Shown here: positions 1 to 7,800 of the stretch, in pieces
Layout: every line of letters starts with the position of its first letter
Position numbering within the stretch: position 1 is the stretch's first letter
NCBI GenBank assembly: GCA_031459535.1
Contig: JAVKIJ010000026.1
Location: 1-36,210 of the forward strand
Source of the DNA: Candidatus Fervidifonticultor quintus
GTDB taxonomy: Bacteria; Sysuimicrobiota; Sysuimicrobiia; Sysuimicrobiales; Humicultoraceae
Length of the DNA stretch: 36,210 nucleotides
Reading direction: 5' to 3'
The notes under the pieces: model-generated
Told to the model about the DNA's origin: nothing
The model's input: the letters and a program-made list of their open reading frames with translations, nothing else
Database searches by the model: none
Program-made: the position numbers and the translations under genes

Positions 1-770
1 GGCTGGGCGGCGGCCGCGCCGAAGAGCCCGAGCAGGTAGACCTTCAGCTCCTCCTCCGAGAGGCCGCGCGACAGCTCCCCGTCGCGGGCCACCGAGATGA
101 CGCCGGTCTCCTCGCTGACCACCACCGCCACCGCGTCGGTCTCCTCGGTGATGCCGATGGCGGCGCGGTGGCGGGTCCCCAGCGTCTTGCTGAGCGTGGG
201 GTTCTCGCTGAGCGGCAGCAGGCAGGCCGCGGCCAGCACCCGGTTCCCCCGGATGATCACCGCCCCGTCGTGGAGGGGGGTGTTGGGGAAGAAGATCGTC
301 AGCAGGAGCTGCACGCTCACCTGGGCGTCCACCTTGATGCCGGTCTCCACCACGTCCACGAGCCCCGTGGAGCGCTCCAGGACGATGAGCGCGCCGATCT
401 TGCGGATGGAGAGGACGCGCGCCGCCCGGGCGATGTCGCTGACCAGGCGGATCGCCTCCTCCCGCCCCAGCGGGACCCCGAAGCCGCTCACGATGGGGGC
501 CCCCCGCCCGAGCTGCTCGAGCAGGCGGCGCAGCTCCGGCTGGAAGAGGATGAGGAAGGCGATGGGGATGACCAGCCCCACGTAGGAGAGGAGCCAGTTG
601 AGCGTGCGCAGGCCCAGCAGCCGGCTCACCGCGTAGACCACGAAGAGGATGCCGAGCCCGATGGCCAGCTGCACCGCCCGGGTCCCCCGGATGAGGGTCA
701 GGATGGTGTAGACCACCAGCGTCACGGCCAGGATGTCGGCCAGGTCGCGGATGGTGAGGTCGAACGGCAT
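1..770 (-). CDS. cdaA: Diadenylate cyclase CdaA (c-di-AMP synthase); 3' end runs off the window
   Basis: Not in the ORF track; translated by hand from ATG at 770: MPFDLTIRDLADILAV..., three N-terminal hydrophobic helices, FQPELRR, and the DAC motifs FFPNTPLHDGAVII and GTRHRAAIGITEETDA..VVSEETG. Confidence 0.95.
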   Translation of the reverse strand, partial: MPFDLTIRDLADILAVTLVVYTILTLIRGTRAVQLAIGLGILFVVYAVSRLLGLRTLNWLLSYVGLVIPIAFLILFQPELRRLLEQLGRGAPIVSGFGVPLGREEAIRLVSDIARAARVLSIRKIGALIVLERSTGLVDVVETGIKVDAQVSVQLLLTIFFPNTPLHDGAVIIRGNRVLAAACLLPLSENPTLSKTLGTRHRAAIGITEETDAVAVVVSEETGVISVARDGELSRGLSEEELKVYLLGLFGAAAAQ

Positions 771-803
771 CGGTCCCTGCGCGGCCCGCGCGGCCCCCGA
801 GGG

Positions 804-1736
804 CTACGCCACCACCATGGCCAGCAGCGCCTTCTGGGCGTGCAGCCGGTTCTCCGCCTGGTCGAAGACCACGCTCTGCTCCCCGTCCAGCACCTCGTCG
901 GTGATCTCCTCGCCGCGGTGCACCGGCAGGCAGTGCAGCACCACCGCGGTGGGCTTGGCCCGGGCCAGGAGCTGGGCGTTCACCTGGTAGGGGCGGAAGA
1001 TGCGGGCCCGCTCCTCCCGCTCCGCCTCCTGCCCCATGCTGGCCCAGACGTCGGTGTAGATGGCGTCCACCCCCGCCACCGCCTCGCGGGGGTCGTCCAT
1101 GAGGGTGAGCGCCGCCCCGGTCTCCCGCCCTACCGCGCGCGCCCGCTCGACGATGCCGGCGTTGGGGCGGAAGCCCGGCGGGGTGGCCACCACTACGTTC
1201 AGCCCCACCTTGGCCGCCCCCAGCATCAGCGAGTGGCAGACGTTGTTCCCGTCCCCCACCCAGGCCACGGTGACGTCGCGGAAGCCGCCGAAGCGCTCGT
1301 AGAGGGTGAGGAGGTCGGCCAGCGTCTGGCAGGGGTGCTCCAGGTCGGAGAGGCCGTTGATCACCGGGACGCGCGCCCAGCGGGCCAGCTCCACCACCGT
1401 GGCGTGCGCGAAGGTGCGGGCCATGATCACGTCCACCCAGCGCTCCAGGTTGCGGGCGGCGTCCGGGATGGTCTCCCGGGTGCCCAGCTGCGCGTCCTGC
1501 GGCGCCAGGTAGATGCTCGTCCCCCCCAGCTGCGCCATCCCCACCTCGAAGGTCACGCGGGTGCGCAGCGAGGGTTTCTCGAAGATCATCGCCAGGACCT
1601 TGCCCCGCAGCGGCTGCGTGGCCTCCCCGGCGTGGGTGCGCCGCTTCAGGTCGCGGGCGTGGTCGAGCACCGCCCACACCTCCGCCGGGGTCAGGTCGTC
1701 CATCGAGATCAGGTCGCGGCCGCGCAGGCCGATCAT
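804..1736 (-). CDS. argF: Ornithine carbamoyltransferase
   Basis: [30 protein letters not shown] and QAENR motifs; GGAGG RBS upstream of the ATG. Confidence 0.95.
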   Translation of the reverse strand: MIGLRGRDLISMDDLTPAEVWAVLDHARDLKRRTHAGEATQPLRGKVLAMIFEKPSLRTRVTFEVGMAQLGGTSIYLAPQDAQLGTRETIPDAARNLERWVDVIMARTFAHATVVELARWARVPVINGLSDLEHPCQTLADLLTLYERFGGFRDVTVAWVGDGNNVCHSLMLGAAKVGLNVVVATPPGFRPNAGIVERARAVGRETGAALTLMDDPREAVAGVDAIYTDVWASMGQEAEREERARIFRPYQVNAQLLARAKPTAVVLHCLPVHRGEEITDEVLDGEQSVVFDQAENRLHAQKALLAMVVA

Positions 1737-1757
1737 GCCTCCACCTCCCCGCTCTGC

Positions 1758-3119
1758 TCAGCTCCCGGCCGGCGCGGCTGCCGCCCGGGCCCGGGCGCGC
1801 CCGCCCCTGGCCAGCCAGTCCCCCACCACCTCGCGCAGGCCGGGGCGTGTCCGCTCCTCCAGCTCGTAGGTCACCCGCACCGCCGGCCGGTCCAGCCGCA
1901 GCAGCCGGCGCAGGTCCACCGGGGTGCCGATGACGACCGCCTCGGCCGGCGTCCGCCGGATCGTCTCCTCCAGCTCCCGCACCTGCTCCTCCCCGTAGCC
2001 CATCGCCGGCACCACCCGCTCCAGGTGCGGGTAGCGGGCGAAGGCCTCGCGGATGGCGCCCACGGCGTGCGGGCGCGGGTCGACCACCTCCGCCCCCAGC
2101 GACCGCGCGGCCAGGTAGCCGGCGCCGTAGGGCATCTCCCCGTGGGTGACGGTGGGGCCGTCCTCGACGACCACCACCCGCCGCCCCCGGATCGCCTCCG
2201 GGTCGCTCACCGTGATGGGCGAGGCCGCCTCCACCACGGTGGCGCCGGGCGCCAGCCGCGCCACGTTCCGCCGCACCGTCTCCAGGCCGTCCGGCGGCGC
2301 GGTGTCCACCTTGTTGATCACCACGACGTCGGCCATGCGGAGGTTGGCCTCCCCCGGGTGGTAGCGCCGCTCGTGGCCGGGGCGGTGGGGGTCGACGACG
2401 ACGACGTGCAGGTCGGGGCGGATGAAGGGGAAGTCGTTGTTGCCGCCGTCCCAGAGGATGACGTCCGCCTCCCGCTCCGCCTGCCGCAGGAGCGGCTCGT
2501 AGTCCACGCCGGCGTAGACCACCGTCCCCCGGCTGATGTGCGGCTCGAACTCCTCCCGCTCCTCCAGGGTCAGCCCCTCCCGGTCCAGGTCCTCCACCGT
2601 GGCGAAGCGCTGCACCGCCTGCCGGGCCAGGTCGCGGTAGGCCATGGGGTGGCGGATGACCACCACCCGGCGCCCCGCCTCGCGCAGGATCGCGGCCAGC
2701 CGCCGCGCCGTCTGGCTCTTGCCGCTGCCGGTGCGCACCGCGCCCACGCTCACCACGGGGACGGCCGCCTCGAGCATGGTCTCCCGCGGCCCCAGCAGCC
2801 GGTACCCCGCCCCCGCGGCCAGGGCCTGGGAGCCCAGGTGCATGACGTGCTCGTGGGTGACGTCGCTGTAGGCGAAGACCACCTGGTCCACCGCCCCGTC
2901 CCGCAGCAGGTCGGCCAGGTGCTCCTCCGGGACGATGGGGATGCCGTCGGGGTAGCGCGGCCCGGCCAGCGCCGGGGGGTAGACGCGGTCGGCGATCTCC
3001 GGGATCTGGGTGGCGGTGAAGGCCACGACCCGGTAGGTCGGGCGGGGGCGGAAGTAGACGTTGAAGTTGTGGAAGTCCCGTCCCCCCGCCCCCAGGATGA
3101 CGACGCGGATCTCGTCCAT
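1758..3119 (-). CDS. P-loop protein of the cyclic 2,3-diphosphoglycerate synthetase-like/GTPase family; probable arginine synthetase (ArcE-type)
   Basis: ILGAGGRDFHNFN, AFTATQIP, AVRTGSGKSQT, RHPM, EEREEFE, WDGGNND, VEDGPT..HG and PAMGY motifs; AGGAG RBS before ATG 3119; 21 bp upstream of argF. Confidence 0.8.
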   Translation of the reverse strand: MDEIRVVILGAGGRDFHNFNVYFRPRPTYRVVAFTATQIPEIADRVYPPALAGPRYPDGIPIVPEEHLADLLRDGAVDQVVFAYSDVTHEHVMHLGSQALAAGAGYRLLGPRETMLEAAVPVVSVGAVRTGSGKSQTARRLAAILREAGRRVVVIRHPMAYRDLARQAVQRFATVEDLDREGLTLEEREEFEPHISRGTVVYAGVDYEPLLRQAEREADVILWDGGNNDFPFIRPDLHVVVVDPHRPGHERRYHPGEANLRMADVVVINKVDTAPPDGLETVRRNVARLAPGATVVEAASPITVSDPEAIRGRRVVVVEDGPTVTHGEMPYGAGYLAARSLGAEVVDPRPHAVGAIREAFARYPHLERVVPAMGYGEEQVRELEETIRRTPAEAVVIGTPVDLRRLLRLDRPAVRVTYELEERTRPGLREVVGDWLARGGRARARAAAAPAGS

Positions 3120-3142
3120 GCTCCTGCTCACGTCCCCAGCAT

Positions 3143-3170
3143 GAAAGAAGGGTGGACGAGCGTCCACCCT
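3143..3170 (-). terminator. Intrinsic terminator after rplM-rpsI
   Basis: Perfect inverted repeat AGGGTGGACG(3149-3158)/CGTCCACCCT(3161-3170), followed on the minus strand by TCTTTC, 25 bp after the rpsI stop. Confidence 0.7.
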
Positions 3171-3195
3171 CCTCCCGACCGGGCCCGGCGCCCGG

Positions 3196-3597
3196 TCAGC
3201 GCTTGCTGTACTGGAACCCCTTGCGCGCCCGCTTCCGGCCGTACTTCTTGCGCTCCTTCATGCGCGGGTCGCGGGTGAGGAGGCCCTGGGCGCGCAGGAC
3301 GGGGCGCAGCCCCGCGTCCATGGCGGCCAGGGCGCGGGCGAGGGCGTGGCGCACCGCCTCGGCCTGCCCGTGGATCCCCCCGCCGCGCACGGCGGCGGTC
3401 ACGTCCACCCGGCCCTCCAGGTTGGCGAGGCGCAACGGCTGCAGCACCGTCTGGCGCAGCAGGTCGGTGGGGAAGTAGGCCTCGACGGGCCGGTCGTTCA
3501 CCACGATCCGGCCCGTCCCGGGGCGCAGCCAGACCCGGGCCGTGGCCTCCTTGCGGCTCCCGTCGGCGTGCAGCGCCGGGGCGGTCATCACGCTCAT
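3196..3597 (-). CDS. rpsI: 30S ribosomal protein S9
   Basis: GGGIHGQAEAVRHALARAL and LLTRDPRMKERKKYG..ARKGFQYSKR; GAGGAGG RBS; follows rplM. Confidence 0.98.
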   Translation of the reverse strand: MSVMTAPALHADGSRKEATARVWLRPGTGRIVVNDRPVEAYFPTDLLRQTVLQPLRLANLEGRVDVTAAVRGGGIHGQAEAVRHALARALAAMDAGLRPVLRAQGLLTRDPRMKERKKYGRKRARKGFQYSKR

Positions 3598-3637
3598 CCG
3601 TTCTGCCTCCTCCTCGGTGCCCTCGCCCGTCGACCCC

Positions 3638-4075
3638 CTAGCGCTTCGGCAGCGCCACCGGCTCCGGCCGCTGGGCCGCGTGGGGGTGCTCCGGGCCGGC
3701 GTAGACCTTCAGCTTGCGCAGCAGGCGCTGCCCCAGCGGGGACTTGGGCAACATCCCCCGCACGGCCTCGGTGATCAGCCGCTCGGGGTGGCGGGCCAGC
3801 AGCTCGGCGGCCGTCACGGAGCGGAGCCCGCCCGGGTAGCCGGAGTGGCGGTAGTAGCGCTTCTGCTGGAGCTTCCGGCCGGTGAGCCGCACCTTCGCGG
3901 CGTTCACCACGACGACGAAGTCCCCCTCGTCCCGGTGGGGGGCGAAGGTGGGGCGGTCCTTGCCGCGGAGCATGGTGGCCACCCGGGTGGCCAGGCGCCC
4001 CAGCACCTGCCCCTCGGCGTCCACCACCCGCCAGCGGCGGGGGTCCTGCGGTCCGGGCTTGCGCGACGGCATCAC
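3638..4075 (-). CDS. rplM: 50S ribosomal protein L13 (start GTG 4075 or ATG 4072)
   Basis: [39 protein letters not shown] and [15 protein letters not shown] motifs. Confidence 0.98.
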   Translation of the reverse strand: MMPSRKPGPQDPRRWRVVDAEGQVLGRLATRVATMLRGKDRPTFAPHRDEGDFVVVVNAAKVRLTGRKLQQKRYYRHSGYPGGLRSVTAAELLARHPERLITEAVRGMLPKSPLGQRLLRKLKVYAGPEHPHAAQRPEPVALPKR

Positions 4076-4161
4076 GTCACTCCACTCCCTGTAGGCCTCC
4101 AGCGGGTAGGCCTCCGGCCGGTCCCGGCGGAACCGGCGCCCCTCGGGGCAAACCGCGCGTC

Positions 4162-4170
4162 ATTGTAGCA
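4162..4170 (-). promoter_or_regulatory. Extended -10 promoter (TGnTACAAT) for rplM-rpsI
   Basis: Minus strand reads TGCTACAAT about 87 nt upstream of rplM; no clear -35. Confidence 0.6.
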
Positions 4171-4186
4171 CATCGCCGGTCCTCGG

Positions 4187-4217
4187 GGAGATGTGGTGTC
4201 CAGGGAGGCAGGGGCAC
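4187..4217 (-). pseudogene. Possible eroded 5' end of a VapC/PIN toxin gene
   Basis: GTGCCCCTGCCTCCCTGGACACCACATCTCC resembles a coding sequence for V(M)RLLLDTHI with small indels; lies just downstream of the antitoxin remnant. Confidence 0.35.
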
Positions 4218-4228
4218 CTCCCGCGCAC

Positions 4229-4326
4229 TCACGACCCCCGCTCGAAGTCCTCGAACACGTCCGAGGGGAGCGGGGCGTCGAAGTCCTCGGGCACCTCGAT
4301 CCGACCGGCCAGAATCCAGGCGCGCG
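4229..4326 (-). pseudogene. Frameshifted C-terminal remnant of a Phd/YefM- or DUF2281-type (VapB) antitoxin
   Basis: Hand translation: ..RAPG / ILAGRIEVPEDFDAPLPSDVFEDFERGS* (frame change between PG and IL); matches the typical RxPGxxxGxIxxxxDFDxPL antitoxin tail; no intact start. Confidence 0.65.
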
Positions 4327-4403
4327 GTAAGAGGGGTCAGAGCGACCCTTGGCGGAGTGACCCGCCAACAGACCCCTCCACGATCCGGACCGCAACCCCC
4401 TCG

Positions 4404-4973
4404 CTAAGAGCTCACGCTGGCCTCGAGCTCCAGAAACCGCTGCACCAGCGAGGTGGAGAGCGTCTGCTCGAACTCTACGAGCCACCCCATCAGATAGGAG
4501 CGGTCCAGGGGTGGTCCTTTGGCGAGGATGGCACGCGCGTCCTCGATGTCTCGGGGCCGGCCGGCGACGATCTTGTGGACCAGGACATCCTCCACGGAAG
4601 CAAAGTGCACCGGCACATCGTTTACCACCACCGCTCGCGTCCGGCGCAGCGCCTCCTGCTCATAGGCAGACACGGACAGGATGAAGTCAACAGGGATCTG
4701 GGTGGCCGGATCCGCGCAGGGGAGCACGTAGCTTGTCCGCGCCAGAGCCTCTGCGCCTTGTTCAGGGCGGAGGCCGGCGTCATGGACCACGCGCAGCAGC
4801 TCGGCCAGCCTGTCGGGCCCCAGTCCGACGGTGATGTCGATATCACGGGTGAGCCTGGGCTCGCCGTAGAGGATCGCGGCGTACCCGCCGATGACCATGT
4901 AGGGGATCCCGCCCCGCTCAAGGGCGGCGGCGATCCTCCCCAGGAGGGCGGAGAGTATTGATGGCTCGCGCAT
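4404..4973 (-). CDS. Nucleotidyltransferase (Pol-beta fold, AbiEii/DUF6036-like)
   Basis: PYMVIGGYAAILYGEPRLTRDIDI (GG..DxD) and EDVLVHKIVAGRPRDIED motifs; start placed at ATG 4973. Confidence 0.85.
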   Translation of the reverse strand: MREPSILSALLGRIAAALERGGIPYMVIGGYAAILYGEPRLTRDIDITVGLGPDRLAELLRVVHDAGLRPEQGAEALARTSYVLPCADPATQIPVDFILSVSAYEQEALRRTRAVVVNDVPVHFASVEDVLVHKIVAGRPRDIEDARAILAKGPPLDRSYLMGWLVEFEQTLSTSLVQRFLELEASVSS

Positions 4974-5142
4974 AGCGGATGTCCGGTTCCAGGTCCTCCG
5001 GCGGTCGCGGGTGGTCGAACGCCCCCACTTCTCGGGCAAACCGCCACATCTCCTCCAGGATCGCCAGGCTGCTCCTGAAATCCGCGGGTCTGCGCAGCCG
5101 CCGCAGCTCGAGGGCTTCCAGCTCGGGCGTCCGCCTGACCAT
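4918..5142 (-). CDS. Small (74 aa) hypothetical partner protein of the nucleotidyltransferase; putative antitoxin
   Basis: MVRRTPELEALELRRL..LAILEEMWRFAREVGAF..EDLEPDIRYARAIN; overlaps the NTase start; TATCAT -10 box immediately upstream. Confidence 0.65.
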   Translation of the reverse strand: MVRRTPELEALELRRLRRPADFRSSLAILEEMWRFAREVGAFDHPRPPEDLEPDIRYARAINTLRPPGEDRRRP

Positions 5143-5189
5143 CACTGGCCATGATACCGTGCCGGAAGCGCCCCGTGGCGAACGGGCAC

Positions 5190-6170
5190 TTACAGGTCGA
5201 CCCGGGTGTGGTCGCCCACGTTGAGCCGGCTCGCCCGCCCGATGACCCGCGCCCGCTCGCCGATCACGGCCCCGGTGACCACCGCGTCCTCGATCACCGC
5301 CTCCGGGTGGACGATGCTGTCCCGCACGATGGCGCCCACCACCTCGGCGCCCTCGGCGATGGAGGCGTACGGCCCCACCACGCACCGGCTGAGCCGCGCC
5401 CCCGGGCTGACGGCCGACGGCGGGAGGACCACCGCGTCGCTGAGGGCGGGGACGGGCGGGGCGTCCAGGTCGAGCAGCTCGCGGTTGGCCAGCAGCAGCG
5501 CCTCCACCGTGCCGCAGTCGTACCAGTGGTCGATGGGGAAGGGCCGCATCCGCTCCCCGGCGTCCAGCATGAGCTGGAGTGCGTCCACCAGCCAGTACTC
5601 CCCGCGGGCCATGCGCCGCTCCCGGACCATGCGCTCCAGCGCCTCCCGCAGCCGGGCGGGGCGCTGGATGAGGTAGAGGCCCACCACGGCCAGCCGGCTC
5701 ACCGGCTCCTCGGGCTTCTCCACCAGCTGGCGGACGTAGCCCGCGTCGTCGAGGACGGCCACGCCGAAGCGGCGCGGGTCGGCCACCTTGCGCACCCCGG
5801 CCACGCTCTCGCGCTGCCCGAGCAGCTCGGGCAGGGGGGCCCGGACGATGGTGTCGCCGAAGACGATGAGCACCGGCTCCTCCTCGGTGAGGTACTCCCG
5901 GGCCACGTACACGGCGTGGCCGTTGCCCAGCGGCTCGGTCTGCTCCACGAAGTGGACGTCCAGGGCGTAGTGGCGGCGGACGTAGGTGATGAGCTGCTCA
6001 CCGTGGTGGCCGATGACCAGCACCACCTGGCGCACCCCCTTGGCCACCAGCTCGTCCAGGATGTGGGCCAGGATGGGCTTCCCGGCCACGTGGAGGAGAG
6101 GCTTGGGGTGGGTGAGGGTGTGCGGCCGCAGGCGGGTGCCCAGGCCGGCGCAGGGGATGATGGCCTTCAC
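5190..6170 (-). CDS. Sugar-1-phosphate nucleotidyltransferase with C-terminal left-handed beta-helix
   Basis: KAIIPCAGLGTRLRP.T...PKPL, EQ.EPLG.GHA, VEKP and W.DCG motifs; hexapeptide-like tail. Confidence 0.92.
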   Translation of the reverse strand: MKAIIPCAGLGTRLRPHTLTHPKPLLHVAGKPILAHILDELVAKGVRQVVLVIGHHGEQLITYVRRHYALDVHFVEQTEPLGNGHAVYVAREYLTEEEPVLIVFGDTIVRAPLPELLGQRESVAGVRKVADPRRFGVAVLDDAGYVRQLVEKPEEPVSRLAVVGLYLIQRPARLREALERMVRERRMARGEYWLVDALQLMLDAGERMRPFPIDHWYDCGTVEALLLANRELLDLDAPPVPALSDAVVLPPSAVSPGARLSRCVVGPYASIAEGAEVVGAIVRDSIVHPEAVIEDAVVTGAVIGERARVIGRASRLNVGDHTRVDL

Positions 6171-6194
6171 GCTCTCCAGTGTACTCGGGCGGGG

Positions 6195-7670
6195 CTAGCG
6201 GCCGGCAAAGCGGAGGACGTGCCCGACCGTCCGGGCCAGGATGACCAGGTCCAGCCACAGGTTGGCGTGCTTGATGTAGTAGAGGTCGTACTGCAGCTTG
6301 ATCAGCGCGTCCTCGACGGAGTCCCCGTACTCGTAGTTTACCTGCGCCCACCCGGTGACCCCGGGCCGGACGGCGTGCCGGGCGCGGTAGAAGGGGATCT
6401 GCTTTTCCAGGTGGGCGACGAACTCCGGCCGCTCCGGCCGCGGGCCGATGAAGGACATGTCGCCGCGGAGGATGTTGATGGCCTGGGGGAGCTCGTCGAG
6501 GTGGAGGCGGCGGAGCCAGCGGCCGACCCGGGTCACCCTGCGGTCGTCCGCTTCCGCCCACCGCGGCCCCTCCGGCTCCGCCTGGGGGTGCATCGTGCGA
6601 AATTTAAGCAGAGTGAATGGCCCCCCCCCGCGGCCCAGACGCGTCTGCCGGTAGAAGACCGGTCCTCGGTCGTCGAGCCAGATGGCCAGACCAACGACCG
6701 GTAGAAGCAAGGCCACGATCGCCGCCCCAAGCAGACCAATGGTGAAATCCGTCGCCCGCTTCAGCACCTGGTAGCTGAGGCTGAGCTCGCGATGAACGGG
6801 AAAGACGACATGCAGCCCGCGGCCAGCGTGCTCGACGGGCACGCGCCCCGTCAGACGCTCGTACAGGGAGGCCATCGCAATAACTTGTACCCCTTGTTCC
6901 CGGCAAGCCACCAGGGCCTGCAGCAACTCGCCGCTAATCGCCTCGTAGCGGGTGATGGCGACAATGACCTCGTTGATGCGGTACATTCGGACGGCCTCGG
7001 CCAACGCCTCCCACGTCCCCAGGACCGGCAGCCCTGCCACAGGTGATCCCTGCTTTGCAGGGTCATCGTCAATGAACCCAACGAGCTCATACTCAGAGTC
7101 GGCGCGCTCCCGGATGGCATCCACCAGCGCGCGGCCCGCCCACCCGGCGCCAACGATCACGGCTCGCTGGCGGAAAACCGGCTGTGCCACAAGGAGCGCA
7201 TAAGCGGTACGGCCAACGCCGACCAACCCTACGGTCGCCAGGATAAAAGAAGCAGCAGTCAAACGTGACGTGTGCAGAGCTGGGGTGACCAATGGTACCG
7301 CTAAGTAGAGAGCGGCGACCGCGAGGGAGAGCGCCGCAGTGTGCGGAACACTTGACCGAACCTGCGAGGCTCGTCGCAAGTCATAGGCACCGAATAGGAA
7401 TGCGGCTGCAGTCCACAGAGCCAGCAACAGGAGAAACCACACGGGCCGTTCGGCCACTGTCCTCCAGGAGAAGGGTAGGCCCAACCGCCAACTGAGTACC
7501 GCCAGCAGCGCCACGCAGGTTCCCGCAAGGTCGGCAACGAATAAAACAAGTTTTCTCTCCGACAGAGGCAGGGGAAATTGGCGCCTTCCGCCGGAAGAGG
7601 TCGACAACCGGCCAGTGGAGGGTGCGCCGGGGGGGACTCCAGCCTGTTCCCTGGTCAGGTTCTCATGCAT
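6195..7670 (-). CDS. Priming polyprenyl-phosphate glycosylphosphotransferase (WcaJ/WbaP family)
   Basis: N-terminal TM helices, IVGAG..G and GFIDDD domain; C-terminal KFRTM, DELPQ, GDMSFIGPRPE, RPGVTGWAQV and YDLYYI. Start approximate. Confidence 0.93.
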   Translation of the reverse strand: MHENLTREQAGVPPGAPSTGRLSTSSGGRRQFPLPLSERKLVLFVADLAGTCVALLAVLSWRLGLPFSWRTVAERPVWFLLLLALWTAAAFLFGAYDLRRASQVRSSVPHTAALSLAVAALYLAVPLVTPALHTSRLTAASFILATVGLVGVGRTAYALLVAQPVFRQRAVIVGAGWAGRALVDAIRERADSEYELVGFIDDDPAKQGSPVAGLPVLGTWEALAEAVRMYRINEVIVAITRYEAISGELLQALVACREQGVQVIAMASLYERLTGRVPVEHAGRGLHVVFPVHRELSLSYQVLKRATDFTIGLLGAAIVALLLPVVGLAIWLDDRGPVFYRQTRLGRGGGPFTLLKFRTMHPQAEPEGPRWAEADDRRVTRVGRWLRRLHLDELPQAINILRGDMSFIGPRPERPEFVAHLEKQIPFYRARHAVRPGVTGWAQVNYEYGDSVEDALIKLQYDLYYIKHANLWLDLVILARTVGHVLRFAGR

Positions 7671-7800
7671 TGCCCAGTCAAGACGTTCACGCTCGGGAGG
7701 CACTGATAGGCTACGGCTACCACCTTCCAACTGATTTCCTTGAGCCTGAATTCCTTGAGCCCGATCCAGATTCCTGCCTGCCCGCACACCTGGTGAGGGC

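Noticed and set aside
804-1736. SLRT instead of STRT suggested an N-acetyl/N-succinylornithine transcarbamylase
   Set aside because: The ornithine-binding DVWASMG loop, GDGNNV and QAENR are those of ordinary OTCase.
1758-3119. Literal annotation as cyclic 2,3-diphosphoglycerate synthetase
   Set aside because: No 2-phosphoglycerate kinase nearby; motifs and argF linkage fit the ArcE-like group better.
168-3278. 1036-aa plus-strand ORF and other long antisense ORFs (5151-6704, 25845-27995, most of 28880-30640, 34220-35710)
   Set aside because: Shadow frames of high-GC genes with clear motifs on the opposite strand; no recognisable domains of their own.
7710-7728. GGTGGTAGCCGT resembling the RfaH ops element
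   Set aside because: Mismatched to GGCGGTAGnnTG, located near the operon end rather than its leader, and likely by chance.
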